Assembly: GCA_013265495.1 (NCBI GenBank) | Contig: MU058198.1 | Span: 1,066,419-1,130,418, forward strand | DNA: 64,000 bases | Reading direction: 5' to 3' | Source of the DNA: Vicugna vicugna | Taxonomy: Eukaryota | Shown here: in pieces, positions 37,280-50,215 of the stretch | Layout of the letters: each line of letters starts with the position of its first letter | Position numbering within the stretch: position 1 is the first letter of the stretch | Notes under the pieces: model-generated | The model's database searches: none | What the model saw: only the letters and a program-made list of their open reading frames with translations | Told to the model about the DNA's origin: nothing | Translations under genes and position numbers: made by a program

Positions 37280-37820
37280 GGAGTCATATTTTTAAATGTA
37301 CATCTGATTTCACCAAGAAGCCCTCCATGCTTCCCATTGCTCTTAGGATAAAACCCAAACCAACACTGACTTAAATGGTTCTATAGGATCTGACCTCTAC
37401 TGACCCCCAACATCAACTTGGGTAACTTTCTTCCCTCCCTCGCTTGCTGTATCTTTATGCCTTGAACCTTGTTCTCTCAACTTCCTTGAACGAAGCTTGA
37501 AGGAGCTCCTTCCCTTCTTGGGCCCTTTACAAAGCTGTTTCTTCTCCCAGGCTCTTATCTTTACTTGACAAACTGTCATTGAATGTAATGCTTTTATGTC
37601 CGGAGTTAATCAGTTCTTCTGTATTTGTTCTCAGAGTATCCAATCCTTTAATCGCATTAATCACAATTGTAATTACAAACCTTTCCATGTAATTAATTAG
37701 TTGATATTGTATCCCCTTACTAAATTGTAACCATCATGAAGGCAGGGACAAGATTTATTTCCTCCTTTACTGTATTCCCCAGAACCTGGCATATAGCAGG
37801 TGCTCAGTAAATAATGGAAT
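37280..37820 (+). mobile_element. L2 3' region
   Basis: gcttcccattgctcttaggataaaacccaaa..gaaggcagggac..cctggcatatagcaggtgctcagtaaat. Confidence 0.85.
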
Positions 37821-37824
37821 TATT

Positions 37825-38170
37825 TAGGACTCTTGGGGTTGCAAGCAACAGAAACTTACCATATTATTTAGAATATAATTTCAGCTGCTGTACTGAGAGC
37901 CAGAGGACCAGAGCCTTAAAAAAATGAAACTTTCTTTCTCTGACATGTAATAGTCATGGTGTAAGCATTCCTGGGCTGACGTGGCAGCTCCATGGTGTTA
38001 GGTACCCAGGCTTTTTGGTCCTGTTGCTCCACCATCCCTTGAGTGCTCCCCTCATCTTTATGATGCGAAGGAGCTCATGGCCACATCAACATTCCTGTAG
38101 GCAGGAAGGGAGAAAAGTAAAATGGTCAGGGGCTGATTCAACCCTTTTGTTCAAGAGTACAACCAGAAGA
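37825..38170 (-). mobile_element. MLT1-type LTR fragments
   Basis: ggttgcaagcaacagaaac; gggctgacgtggcagctccatgg..ttgctccaccatcc. Confidence 0.6.
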
Positions 38171-38439
38171 TGTCTAGAGAGAATGTGGGAAAAACAGGAG
38201 ACTATGACAGTGGCGATGTCAAGAGGTGATGGTGTCTTACTTTAGGGTGGAGGTAGCTGAGATGGGGCAGCTTAGTCTTCAAGACTGAGAATTTCTCAAA
38301 GATGCCAAATACAAGGCTGTGTCTTTAACTCTCCTGTTGTGGGTACCACTGGCTGCCACTCATCTCCCAATCCCACTCTCAACCCCCACTGGCATCCATT
38401 TGCCCCTTCCTAGCAGACCTGTGCTTTTGATTATCTTCC

Positions 38440-38876
38440 CCTCTCTGACCCAGGCATGAGTCTCAGGGGAAGCTGAACCCAGCCTCAGCATAAGGAGTGA
38501 ATCTGATGGGTCTGGGGGTAATCCCACTCATGACCACGTGACCCCCAAAGTAGCCAATAGGAGGTGAAAGAAAACTGGTTATGGACTTCTGAGCAAAGCT
38601 CCCAGCAAGCGACCTCTGCTCTTGTTCCAGATGTTTTTGTTATCTGAAAATAAAGTGACACCAACCTGAGGACAGCAGCCCTGAGGGTGACCGAAGGGGG
38701 AATTGAAAGGAACCAGAGTCCACGACAACATTGCTGAATGGCGGAATCAACCACCCCTGAAGCCCACATTCTTCTGGACAGCCTACAAGGGGGATGACAC
38801 ATTTCCCAATCCTTGAAGCCAGTTGGAGTCCTGAAAATTCTGTTACTTGCAACTGAAATCTTCATAACTGGTATCT
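38440..38876 (+). mobile_element. MLT1J/K-like MaLR LTR
   Basis: cacgtgaccc..agccaat..gaaaggaaccagagtcc..ttctgttacttgcaactgaaa. Confidence 0.7.
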
Positions 38877-39521
38877 TCCCAAACACACACCAGGAAAAAC
38901 TCCTGGGCGCCCTACGGTTGGTCCTTGCCAAAGACCTGGATTTTTTTTTTTTTTCACCAAATGCATTCATCTTGCCAGCTCAGTTTGTCTGATGTGGAAA
39001 TGAACTAGGCAAAAAGGAGAAAGAAGGTATTTATTGTCAAGCAGAAGAGTTTAGATTTTGTAGCAAAGGCAATGAATGGGCCCTAAAGAGGTTCGCAGCA
39101 GAGTAGCAGCAGGGAAGTGGTATTTCATAGAGAAGCTGCGGGGAGGGAGGAGACCTGAGCTCCTAATCTCTGTTGGTGCTTCCCAGGGCCGCTGAACCAC
39201 TGGAGATGAGCTGTGGGTAGAGACTTCCTGCTACTTAGTCTCAAAATTCTGTCTCAGGAGGACCCCCTCTGCAGATGTCTCATTTGTTTATTAACTTAAT
39301 AGCTTTTTACTGAGCATTCTCATAGGAAGTGTACACACATAGTCTTCACGTTAACACTCTTTGCTTTCTTACCTCTGGCAGACATCACTAATCAATGGTC
39401 CTCTTCTTTCCCAAGGAGACCAGACTCAGCACTTTCAGGCATTAGCAGTTAATCTGAGTTGGTTGAGTGTGGTGGGACTTAATGGCCTTGCAAACCACCT
39501 GCCAGCCGGTGTGCACAGCCC

Positions 39522-39606
39522 TTGTGCTCGTTTCCTGTGGCTGCTATAACAAATTGCCAGATTGAGTGACTTGAAACAAAGGAAGTTTTTTCTCTCACAG
39601 GGCTGG
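39522..39606 (-). mobile_element. MLT1 LTR terminal fragment
   Basis: gtttcctgtggctgctataacaaattgcca..ctctcacag. Confidence 0.7.
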
Positions 39607-40678
39607 ACCCTCTACCTTCCTGTGCTTCAGGACCCTCATTTGTAAAGTGGGGATCCACAGTGCCTCCTCACTGGGTGAGCGCGGTGTTAAGCGTACGCTC
39701 TCAGGGAAGGCCGGCTCTTACTGCTGGGGGTGGCTGGACTCCTGGCAACTGGTCTAGGGGAGCCAGTCTGATGAAGCCCCCCCAGTTGTCTCTCACCCCA
39801 CAGTTTCCGAGGAGGGGGTGATGGCTGCGGCGGCCAGATTCCAGCCTTTTTGTCCTCTACAGAGCCTCCATTATTAAAGCATTCTGTGGAAGCCATCAGC
39901 TCACGGGATTCTGAGAATTCCACCTCCAGGTTCTAAAAGGCCCTTTGTTCAAGTTGGAGGTGGGGCCGCTTGGACACTGAGGAGGCCAGAGGGGTGATAG
40001 CAGCCCTCAGTTACCTGAGGAGGCATTGGGCTTTGGCTCCGATTCATTCCCTCGCTCTTCCTCCCCCCACCTTTCTCCTCCTTCTCCCCTTTCCTCCCCC
40101 TTCTCCCTCTCCTGAGCCCCCTCCTCCTCCCTCCTCCTGGCCCACAGGGGAGGCAGCTGGCCGTGCTGGAGACTGAAGCATTCTCTTTGCATCTGCCAAG
40201 CTGAAACAGCATATTGATGACCGCCTGCAAATGTGAAATAGATGGGAAGTGCTTTGCACTTCAATGGCGTAACAGGTGTTACTTCTCTCTGGATGGTGGA
40301 TGATGGGGCTGACCCTTCTGCTGGGATGCAGGGGAGGTGAAGGGAGTCTCCCACTTCCCCTGAGCCATGGATAACTTCTGGGCGCTTGTTGTGCACCTGC
40401 TGTTTGCTTGGCACTGTACTTGTGGTATCTCCTGTAATGCCCTCCACACACAGCAGCTCCCCGCCCCCAGGAAAGAAATGGTTATCCGTAAGTTTGAAGG
40501 TGAGCTCAAGGTACTGCAGAGACAGTACTTCAGAGCATAGATTTCAGTGCAGGTGTCTTTGATGCTGAGGCCTGAAGGTTCTCCACCACTCCACCTGGGC
40601 TTTGGGAAGACATGCTGATGGAGGTGGCATTTGGCTTCCTCAGAGCATGTCACATGCCACTTTCTTCAGGTGCTAGAC

Positions 40679-40892
40679 CAAGGGTCAGCAAACTTTTTCT
40701 GTAAAGGGCCAGATGATAAGTATTTTAAGTTGTTGCAGGCCATGTGATCTCTGTTCCAACTACTCAACTCTGCTTTTACAACTGGAGAGTAGCCGTAGAC
40801 AGGAAGTGAATGCGTGGGCATAGCTGTGTTCCAATGAACTTTATTTACAAAAACAGGCAGCCAGTCGGGACGCAATAATTCATCAACCCCCA
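40679..40892 (-). mobile_element. MER58A
   Basis: caagggtcagcaaactttttctgtaaagggccagat..caactactcaactctgc..actttatttacaaaaacagg. Confidence 0.92.
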
Positions 40893-40894
40893 AA

Positions 40895-41130
40895 GTAAAT
40901 CTCTGAATTTGACTCTGTCTTTTCCAGTTACCAGCCGTGTGACCTTATTTAACCAATCGGTGCCTCAGTTTCCTCATCTGTAAAGTGGGTCTAGTACCTC
41001 ATGATAATCGTCATAATAGTAATACCTCATGAGGTTGTTGTGAGGATTAAATGAGTTAGAGTATGAGGAGCTTTTATAATGGTGTCTGCCGTAGTCAGGG
41101 GTCAGTGCCAATTGGCATAGTTATTAGCAT
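40895..41130 (+). mobile_element. MIR SINE
   Basis: gtgcctcagtttcctcatctgtaaagtggg..ggttgttgtgaggattaaatgagtta. Confidence 0.92.
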
Positions 41131-41924
41131 TCTTCTACTCAACTTCAGCATTGCTGAAAGGACCTGGAGCTGTAAAACGGGACCATACTTCCTCCATGGG
41201 TTTGCTGTGAGAATGAAGAGAGGAAATGTATGTAAAATGCCTTAAGCTGTGCTTAGCACATAGCGGGTGCTCAGTGACCCTGCAGATGAATCCCCAAACC
41301 CTCATCAGATCTCCTCTAGCTAGTTCTATAGGCCTGTTCATTGTATAAAGAAAGAGGGGAAAGACACAGTCAGATACTCCTAGGCTGCTCTAGTCTTAGT
41401 GGTGGAAGACGGAAGTGTGGGAAAGATTCGGGAAGCTTCAGTCACTAAGCAGAAGTTCAAGGCTGCAGAGAAGAGAAGCCCCAGGACTCAAGCCCAGGGG
41501 AGGGGTCCCCCATTGGGCTGAGGGCTCCCCACAGGAGTAGGGCTTGTGGCAGGGTAGGTTGGAATGGAACCGCAGTGACCATCTCCTATGGAGACAGCAA
41601 CCACTAAGTTCCTCCAAGATCGCAGCCCAGAGGAAGCCCCACCAGCCTGCCCCGTCCAGGTGAAGGAGGACCCATCGCTGCTGGTTCCTGCAAAGCCTCT
41701 CCTGCCTCTTCAGCAGACGACATGACTGAGGATTTCAGGGACTTAGTATCAACAAAGGTTAGAAATACTCTGTGCGGCCAGGCTTATGGCTTCCCACTTA
41801 GCGGGCCTCCTTTCAGTTTGATGGGAGTAGGTATGTGGAGAGTGAATTCAGTGTCCTCGGCAACCCCGAGCTGCTGGGTGCCGGGCTGTGATGGAGGAGG
41901 AAGAAGCCAGGCAGAGGCTGAGCT

Positions 41925-42332
41925 GGGGCTCTGGAGCCAGGAGTTTGGAGTTAAGGTCCTGGCTTATTGCTCGCTCTCTGGGTGACCTTGGGCAACTTGC
42001 CCTGTTAGCATATTACTTTCCCCACCTGTAAAATACGGATTCTAGCAGGACTCAGAGAGAGTCCACGTGGAGGCCCTGGCAGAGCACCTGACACATACTA
42101 AGCGGTTATCGTGATGAGGAAGATGGCCGGAGTGAAAGAGGTGGGGGCTGATGGGCCTGGACTTGAATTCCATTCACCCTTGGGCACGTCGCTTAACCCA
42201 TCAGAACCTCATGTTCTTTGTCTGTAAAATGAGGAATTAAGGATCAAGTGTATTAAGGTGTCTAAAACACTTAGTTCAAAGCCTGGCACACTGTAAGTGA
42301 AAATAAACAATAGCAGTTCATTTTATTATTGT
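41925..42332 (+). mobile_element. Two tandem MIR copies
   Basis: gggctctggagccag..gtgaccttgggcaac and cttgggcacgtcgcttaacc..tctgtaaaatgagg. Confidence 0.8.
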
Positions 42333-42799
42333 TATGGGCTCGGCTGAGGCGGGCCTCAGATGTAACCAGAGCAGATGGCAGGATGTGGGGGTCCTAAGAG
42401 GAAGGAAAAGTCCCTGCCCTTGGCCTGGCTCCCTTGGGTGGACCAGCGATCCAGGAGCAGGGGGTTGGAGCTGTGCTCTGTGCCCCTGACCTCCAGCCTG
42501 GCTCTGAGTGCGACCGTGTGATTTCCACCTGCCCCTTGGCTTTCAGAGCCCCCTTCTCAGGCTCCTCCTGGGCTTTGGGGCTCTAAGACTTGAGCTCAGT
42601 CAAGAGCACCTGGACTTTCATGTCGCATGGGCTTCCCCGAGACTTGGTTTCTTCCTCTGTTTAAAAATAATAGTTGATACTTACTTGGTAAACGTTGCCC
42701 TAGCTCTTACCACGTGCCAAGCACTGTTACAAATGCTGCAGACAGACTGAACCATTTGATTCTTACAACAGTCCTGAGAGGGAGCCAGTCTAATTCCCA

Positions 42800-43265
42800 T
42801 GGTTTAGTTTCCTAGGGCTGCTCTAGCAAATCACCACGTACGTGGTAGCTTGAAACAGTAGAAATTAATTTTCTCCCAGTTCTGGAGGCCAGTGTCTGAA
42901 ATTAAGGATTTGGCGGGGCTGTGCGCCCTCCAGAGTCTCCAGGTGAGAACCGTTTTCTTTCCTCTTCCAGCTTCGGAGGCTTCTAGCTGCTGGCATCCCT
43001 TGGCTTATAGCCACGTCACTTCAATCTCTGCTCCTGTGGTCACGTTGCCTTCTCGTCTTCTGTCTTTGTCTGTGTCAAATAACATCTCCCTTATAAGGAC
43101 ACTTGTGATCAGCCTGAGGGCCCACCAGGACAATCCAGGATACTTCATCATCTCAAGGTCCTTAATTTAATCACACCTGCAGACACTTTACCACGTGAGG
43201 CAATATTCAGCGGTTCCAGGGTTAAGGACCTGACAACTTTGGGAGCCACTATTCAGCCCCCTGCA
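42800..43265 (-). mobile_element. MLT1C-like solo LTR, full length, inside a reverse MIR (about 42670-43345)
   Basis: ttagtttcctagggctgc..cagttctggaggccag..cttataaggacacttgtgat..ccactattcagccc; TSD tccca/cccca. Confidence 0.9.
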
Positions 43266-44854
43266 CCCCACTTTACAGATCACATGGGAAGTAGGTGGTA
43301 GGGTAACCTTGCTCAGAGTCTGCACCCTTAACCATTATACTATGCTGCTGCTTCTAGGCTGCCACTCGTAGGTGGTTTTAAGGATTGAATGCACCCAAAT
43401 CCCTTAGCAGTGAGGGTAAAATGTTGGGGGAGTCAGGGAGATGTAAGGGTCTGGGATGAGACTCAGAGATGCCTGCTGTGCACCATTAACTGGTAATGAA
43501 GAAACCAGTGCTTCTGAGGCTTTGCCAGAAAAGCCCCATGGTGACATCGAAGCCACATCTAAATGGTGGCTACCCAATGCTGTGCTCACATGATGGCCGC
43601 CCTGTCTCTAAGCACTGCAGACACCCCTTTCTCTTTGGCACTGTCATAACACGTGGATTTTTGCTCATCAGAAACCTCCAAACCAGAGAAGTCACAAGAT
43701 ATAACTCATCCCTTTTCCTGATGCCTTGCCCTGGTCCTTGCTCTGGTCTCCAAGCTCTTCAGCCTTTGAATGAGAGGAAATGACTTCAGCCAAGGGTGCT
43801 AATCCATGTAAATGAGGCTGATGTCTTGGCACAGGAAATCTTCCTTGCCCTCTTAATCTGTTTCACTCTATGCTCTGCAGGCTCTGTGACCCAGTGTTCT
43901 TAGCGGAGAACGATGTCCTTTTGGATGTGACTTTGGGGCAATGTCTATGACGAGTAAGCCTCACGCTACCCCAGGCTGCCCTGGGCTCCCTCAGGTCACA
44001 CACCAACCAAAGGCTTTGGGTCCTTGGTTTCCGGGCCAGATGTCACTCTCACATTAACGCATAACATTTCAGAAAAGGGATTTTCTGTTCCTTCTCACTC
44101 CCAAGTGCTGCTTCTGCAGCCTCCCAGGAGGACCGTGAGGCTCAGATGTATCAGGGCAGCCAGCTCAGTGCCTGAGATGTGGAGCTCCGTGGGGCTGGCA
44201 TCTGGGGATATCAGGACCCATAAGAGCTCTCCTGACCTGGGCGCCTCCCAGAGACAATGGGTGTGAGTGGGCAGACGGAGGCAGCACTGGGCCAGCTGGT
44301 GAGTTGCTCCTCTAGTGAAAGGTCCCAACTGAATTCCGGTGAACACCTGCTGTCTAAATACCAAAAAGGAACACTCAGTTGTAGATTGCATGCCGACATG
44401 TTTCTGCACAAGCCCCACTGGCCAACAATCTAATGTTTGTCCTCTCAGTTATTTTGTAGGGAAGTGTGGGTGTGGGAGCATCTCATCCGCAGGACCCATT
44501 GGACAGTGTTAGATGTCTCCTTAAAAGCAGCGTCAGCTCTTATGGACTGGGGTGGGGATGCTCTGAGGCTGAGGCACACACTCAGTGCACTACGGGACAC
44601 ACTACGGGACATCAGCAGCCCTCCTGAACAAGCAGGAGAGCACCTGACAGTAATAGTTTAAATAAAAAACACGTGCAACACAAAATGTCCATAGAACTAC
44701 TGCTCATGCCACCTGCCCTGCTATAGATGTTCATTAATGACTCATCGTTGGACCACTTAGATCACCAATAAATAGCCAGGTAGAACATATCAAAGCCAGG
44801 TTGTGAACGGGCACGAAGAACATCAAAAAGCAAACAACAGAGAAAGTGGCGAAA

Positions 44855-45030
44855 AGCCAGGCAAGCTCAGGTTCCAGTCCTGACTCTGCCACTTCTTTGA
44901 TGTACGCCCTTGAGTTAGACTCTTTATTCTCTGAATCCTGGGTTTCTAATCTCTAAAATGGAGACAATGACTGTTTCTTCCTCACAGGACTGGTGTGAGG
45001 TTTAGATATATTTGTGACTATGAATTCTTT
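44855..45030 (+). mobile_element. MIR fragment
   Basis: caggttccagtcctgactctgccacttc..ctaaaatggagacaat..ggtgtgagg. Confidence 0.8.
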
Positions 45031-45762
45031 AGTCTCGCCGGAAAGTAAGCCGTGCGTAAACGGTGAATGCATGTAAAGGAGAAGAACCTGCACGGCTCCT
45101 CCTTTTGTGCACATCTCCCCAGAGCTGAAGGGAGGCTGTGGGTCCTTGGAGCTGCTCATCCATCACAGAGCAGCCATTTTAATCCAGGCTACGTCTCTTG
45201 CTTTTGCTCTCCTTGTTCAGGATGCTTGTCCATGATGCGCTGGCTCTGCAAAGCATGTCCTGGTCTCACAGTAGCCCCGCTCAATCAGTGAGACTCCAAC
45301 TTGCCAAGACCCTCTCTAGATGGACATGGTAATCTTCAGCTAGTGTAAGGAGGCCCTGTCTTTCCTCCTTCTCTTCTGCATCTTAGAATTAGTCTTAGAC
45401 CTGGACAATGGTATCAAGGAATTCAGAATGGTGTCTGGGGCCCTACAGGACCCTCATGCATCACAGTGAGATGAAGTAGAATGTGATTTAGTGATGGGGC
45501 ATGAGTCTTTGTTCAGACTCAAGTAGGCTTGAGCCCTAATTCAGCCACTAACTGCCTGGGTGAAATTCAGTGAGTCATTCCATTTCCAAGAACCTCCATC
45601 TTGCAGAGAGAAATGGAGCACCAGAGGAGTAAGATACTCCAATGAGGTCACACCACTAGCAAGGCAAGAAGTTTAATTCAACCCTAGTACTGTGTGACTC
45701 CAAAGCCTAGCATCACGCTCCTGTATCAGACTATCCCTGACATTCTACTAAACTATTGCTTT

Positions 45763-46270
45763 ATTTTTTTCCTGATTTTAATTGAGTAATAGTCATTTTA
45801 CAATGTTGTGTCAAATTCTAGCATAGAGCACAATTTTTCAGTTATACATGAACATATATATATATTCATTGTCACATTTTTTTTCACTGTGAGTTACCAC
45901 AAGATCTTGTATATATTTCCCTGTGCCATACAGTATAATCTTGTTTATCTATTCTGCATTTTAAAATCCCAGTCTGTCCTTTCCCACCCCCTGTCCCCTT
46001 GGCAACCACAAGTTTGTATTCTATGTCTATGAGTCTGTTTCTCTTTTGTATTTATGTTTTTTTTCTTTTTTAGATTTCACATATGAGTGATCTCATATGG
46101 TATTTTTCTTTCTCTTTCTGGCTTACCTCACTTAGAGTGACATTCTCCAGGAACATCCCTGTTGCTGCAAATGGCGTTATGTTGTCAGTTTTTGTGGCTG
46201 AATAGTATTCCATCATATAAATATACCACTTCTTCTTTATTCTGTCATCTGTTGATGGATGTTTAGGCTG
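45763..46270 (-). mobile_element. Young L1 3' end, 5'-truncated
   Basis: ttttacaatgttgtgtcaaatt..gttgctgcaaatggc..tggctgaatagtattccat; TSD ctaaactattgcttt 45748-45762 / ctaaactactgtttt 46271-46285. Confidence 0.92.
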
Positions 46271-46279
46271 CTAAACTAC

Positions 46280-46811
46280 TGTTTTGAAATATAAAATTTT
46301 TAATTATTCAAGTATGGGGGGGTCAACAGGTCAGGAGAGTGCTGCCATTGTAAAGAAAGTTTGTTACTCACAGTTGCTAAGAGGAGGGGATTCTCCACCC
46401 CATGCAGGGCCACAGCAGGAAGCACCAGGAAGCAGAGGAGCAGGTTGGAAGCATGAGCATGAGCCTTCATTGTGGTTTCCATGGGAAGGAACAGGTGAAG
46501 TGGGGTGAGCAGGCTTAGAATTGGCTAGTTTAAATAATTTCATGGGGCTCCAGAGTGTAGGGGCTGTCCTGAGTTGTCTAGTACCTGACCATGCGGTGAT
46601 GAGGACACGTGCATGTGAGTAGGAGTAAAGAACTCAGTAAAGGAGGAGTTGGTATGTGGGTTGTCTCATATGAGAAGCGTGCTTACAGGAGAGTGGTTTG
46701 AAATCTCTAGAAATTAACTAGCTCTGGGAGGGGCAGTCTTTCCCAGGTCAACAAGCCCTCAAAATATCAGAGCATTATGCAATACAGAAAATAAAAAACA
46801 TGATTAATACA
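46280..46811 (-). mobile_element. MER74-like ERVL solo LTR
   Basis: agtttgttactcacagtt..attggctagtttaaataatttc..agttgtctagtacctg..aaaacatgattaataca. Confidence 0.85.
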
Positions 46812-47768
46812 GCTATCCTTGGTGGACTTTCCAAGTTACATAACCATTCTCATACCGGCAGGATTTCCAGATGATTTTGCATGATTTATGTCTATTTACA
46901 ATACAATGACAACTATGAAATACAATGAGATGTCTTAAGCCACTAAATAACTATCCTCAAAAACAATCACAGGTACAAAATATACACAAAAAGTCCCAGG
47001 AGTTTTCCTATAGATGGGTAAAAACCAATAATAGAAGAAAATTATAGTAAAATTCTGAGCACAAATATAAAATATCACGTTATAAGCTTACTAAGAAATG
47101 TGTTATGCTGTTGTGTGAAATTGCAAGTCTTTATTGAATGCTATAAGAGATAAATAAATGGAATACATGTTTTCAGTACTATACATGACAATTTATCCCA
47201 AATTAAATAGATATGATGTGATAATAATTAGAAGAGTAGCAGAACTTTTATTATTACTTGACAAAATAACACATTCATCTGAAAGAATAAATAACTGATA
47301 ATATTCAAGGAAATTCTGAAAAGAGAAGAGCAGTGAAAGGATTTTTCTAAGGAAGTGTGTCTACTTGACACAAATAAAGAAGTAGTTTTTATATTATAAA
47401 CATGTTTCAAATAACAGGAGAGGGTTAATTGTAAAATGAACTAACTTTATGGGAAAAAATTAAATTAGATCCCTACCTCATACCTTATACTTAACACAAG
47501 TTTTACATTGTTTCAATTCTTATATAAAAAATAAACAAATGAACACAAAATTTCTATGTAAATATATATGCAAAAGCTCTATTCTCTTGGGAGAGAGGAA
47601 AGCCTTTTGAAGTTTGAAATCAAAGCCAGAAACCATCAAGGAAAAAACACTAATGGACTTTATTACACACAATTACACACAATTTAAAGTCTGCACAGCA
47701 AAAGAGAACAAAGTTAAAGGACAAAAGGCACATTAAGAAGAGTACTTACACAGTGCACACATCTTTAA

Positions 47769-48008
47769 AAAATTTTTAATTGAAGTGTAGTTGATTTACA
47801 ATGTGTTAGTTTCTGCTGTGTGATTCAGTTACACATACATGTATATTCTTTTCCATTATTGGTTATTACAAGATATTGAATATAGTTCCCTGTGCTGCAC
47901 AGGAGGACTTTGTTATTTTGTCTTTTATATGTACTAGTTTGTATCTGCTGATCCCAGACTCCTAAATGATCCTACCACCCCCTTCCCCTTTGGTAACCAT
48001 AAGTTTGT
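47769..48008 (-). mobile_element. L1 3' end with TSD
   Basis: ggttattacaagatattgaatatagttccctgtgct; TSD acatctttaa 47759-47768 / 48009-48018. Confidence 0.9.
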
Positions 48009-48036
48009 ACATCTTTAACAGTTTAAATAGCAGTAT

Positions 48037-48214
48037 TCCAGAATATGAAAATGAATATATGTATATTCACATATGACTGAAGAATTTGCAGTACACCAGA
48101 AATTGACACAACATTGTAAACTGACTATAACTCAATAAAAAAATTCAGCAAAAAAAAAGTACCATTTAAAAATAAAATGTATAAGCAAAAAAAAAAAAAA
48201 AGAAGAAGAAAAAC
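48037..48214 (+). mobile_element. Young L1 3' stub with extra 3' segment
   Basis: gtacaccagaaattgacacaacattgtaaactgact; TSD aatagcagtat 48026-48036 / aatggcagtat 48215-48225. Confidence 0.85.
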
Positions 48215-49909
48215 AATGGCAGTATACTAAGTTACTCCACTGGGAAACAATGAGCAAGATTTCTAAATATGCAAACTCACAAAAGAAAAAATGTGTTTAA
48301 TAAATATTTAAACTTAATATTAATGAAACATATTAAAAATGAGACCTCAATGTGATAACCATTTTTTCCCCTATCAGATTGTCTAAAATTTAAATATGGC
48401 TAATACACAGAAAGTGGGCATAGTCACACACTGCTTGTGAAAGCAAACTGGTCCTTTCTATTTTTTTTTTTCATAATATGAGTCAAAATCTTTAAAAGTC
48501 CCATACCCTCTGAAACAACGGTTTCACATCAAGAAATTCATATGAAAGAAACAGTAAGAGAAGTGTGCTCATCTGTCTCAAGTAGGGGGATAATCACCAG
48601 ATCTTTAAATCATTTTTTCAAAACAACAATGAGCAAGTGGAAATGACCTAAGTGTCTAGCGATAGGGAATTGATTCATAATCTCTGGTGCTTTCATACAA
48701 TGGAATATCATGCAGCCACTAAAATTATGTGTGTTAGAAAAACACATAGACACACTCCCACACGAGAAAGATTTCCATGCTAGGATTATAATTAGAAAAA
48801 AGAAGGTTACAAAACAGTTTGCATAATATGATCCATTTTAGTAAGAAATAATATAGTCCTTTTTTGGAAGAAGATCTAAAAGATTAGACATCAAATTGTT
48901 AATAATCATTATATCTGGGTGGTGGATTAAAGGTGATGTTTCCTTTTTTTCTATATGCTTTTATTTATATTCTGAAATTTATTGCAAGGGATATGCATTT
49001 TTATAATCAGAAAAATTCTATAAATCTATTAAAAGGTAATTTTTCAGCTACTTTCCCACTTACCAGGGGCCTTCAGATTGTTGGTAGCAGAGAGCATGGA
49101 GGATGAAACTGGGGAAAAATATTCTCAGTTTTCTGTCCTCCATTCTGGTTGCCATAGACTGAAAACCAGGAGAGAAATTCCTCTGTAGACCGTTTATTGC
49201 TCTAACCTTTACTGTTAAATGAAATTAGAAGGCCTGTTGAAAAGAGAATGTTTTCCCTCCAAATTTGCTATAAATATTTAAAGCGGAAAATATGGATTAT
49301 GTCAAATGTGGTTGAGGAAGCAGACACAGAAAGCCCAGGTTCTGTGCAGACCCAAGTGTCGGGAGGAGGGCGACGGAGGCGGGTGGCAGCCATCTGAAGG
49401 CTCAGCTAACTTGGGGTTACTCCCGTGGATCAATGGTCTGATGTTGCCGCAGTAATGACAGACCTTGCAGCCTGGGTCTTATTATGCTTCACCATCAGGA
49501 TCCAAGCTTTGGGCTCACGAGGGTAGTTCATAATTTATTATGTTTGAAATACAAGCAGAGAAGGAGGACCTCCCCACCAGCATAACTATGGTCTGGGGAC
49601 TCTAGGGAGGTGATTCCTGCTCCGTAAGTGGCATTTGCTCCCCTAAACAAGCCAGTCTCAGTGGCCCTCTATTACGTGGACATATTAGCACATCCATGGG
49701 ATCTCTGCTTCTTCTTATCCAGGTAGGCGCAGAGATGTTAAACAGCTCCTCATCCCCACCAACCTGCCCAGGTATGTTTATAAATTAGATCCTCACCCAA
49801 ATTTCCAGCTCACCCAGATTTCTGGGATTCTGAGTGCCATTTTCTCCCATGGAGAGCTAAGATGCTGGAATGTTGGAAGCAGAATCAGAAAGAACAGTGA
49901 GACTGAATC

Positions 49910-50215
49910 ACCCATTCATCCATCCATTCATTAAATATTTATTGAGAATAAGCTATGAGCCAGGCATGAGAGCCGCAGAGATGACTGAGGTGTGATGTCT
50001 GCCCTCAAAGAGTTCACAGTCTAGTGAGGAAGATGGATATGTGACTCGGTCCTTGTAGTACCGTATGCACATTAGGTAAGAGAAGGATGTTCCAAATGTC
50101 ATAAACACCCAGAAAAAGAGGAGGCTAAATGTACTTTGGGAAAAAGTGGTGTCAGACAAGCTCCCTAGAGAAAAGGACTCTGATCTGGCTCTTGAAACGT
50201 GAATAAAGAAGTACA
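49910..50215 (-). mobile_element. L2 3' region
   Basis: cattcattaaatatttattgag..ctgccctcaaagagttcacagtctagtg. Confidence 0.85.

Larger units (their letters stand above)
46930..49035 (+). mobile_element. Old L1ME-like ORF2/3' remnant carrying two younger L1 inserts
   Basis: A-rich degenerate L1: aaattagatccctacctcatacc, cctatcagattg, catacaatggaatatcatgcagcc. Confidence 0.8.

Noticed and set aside
44588..44611. Short direct duplication cactacgggaca x2 (similar at 58729 and 51757)
   Set aside because: Common slippage duplications with no spacer structure.
49998..50030. miR-28/708-like sequence (ccctcaaagagttcacagtctagtgag)
   Set aside because: Ordinary L2 segment with no adjacent complementary arm, so no hairpin.
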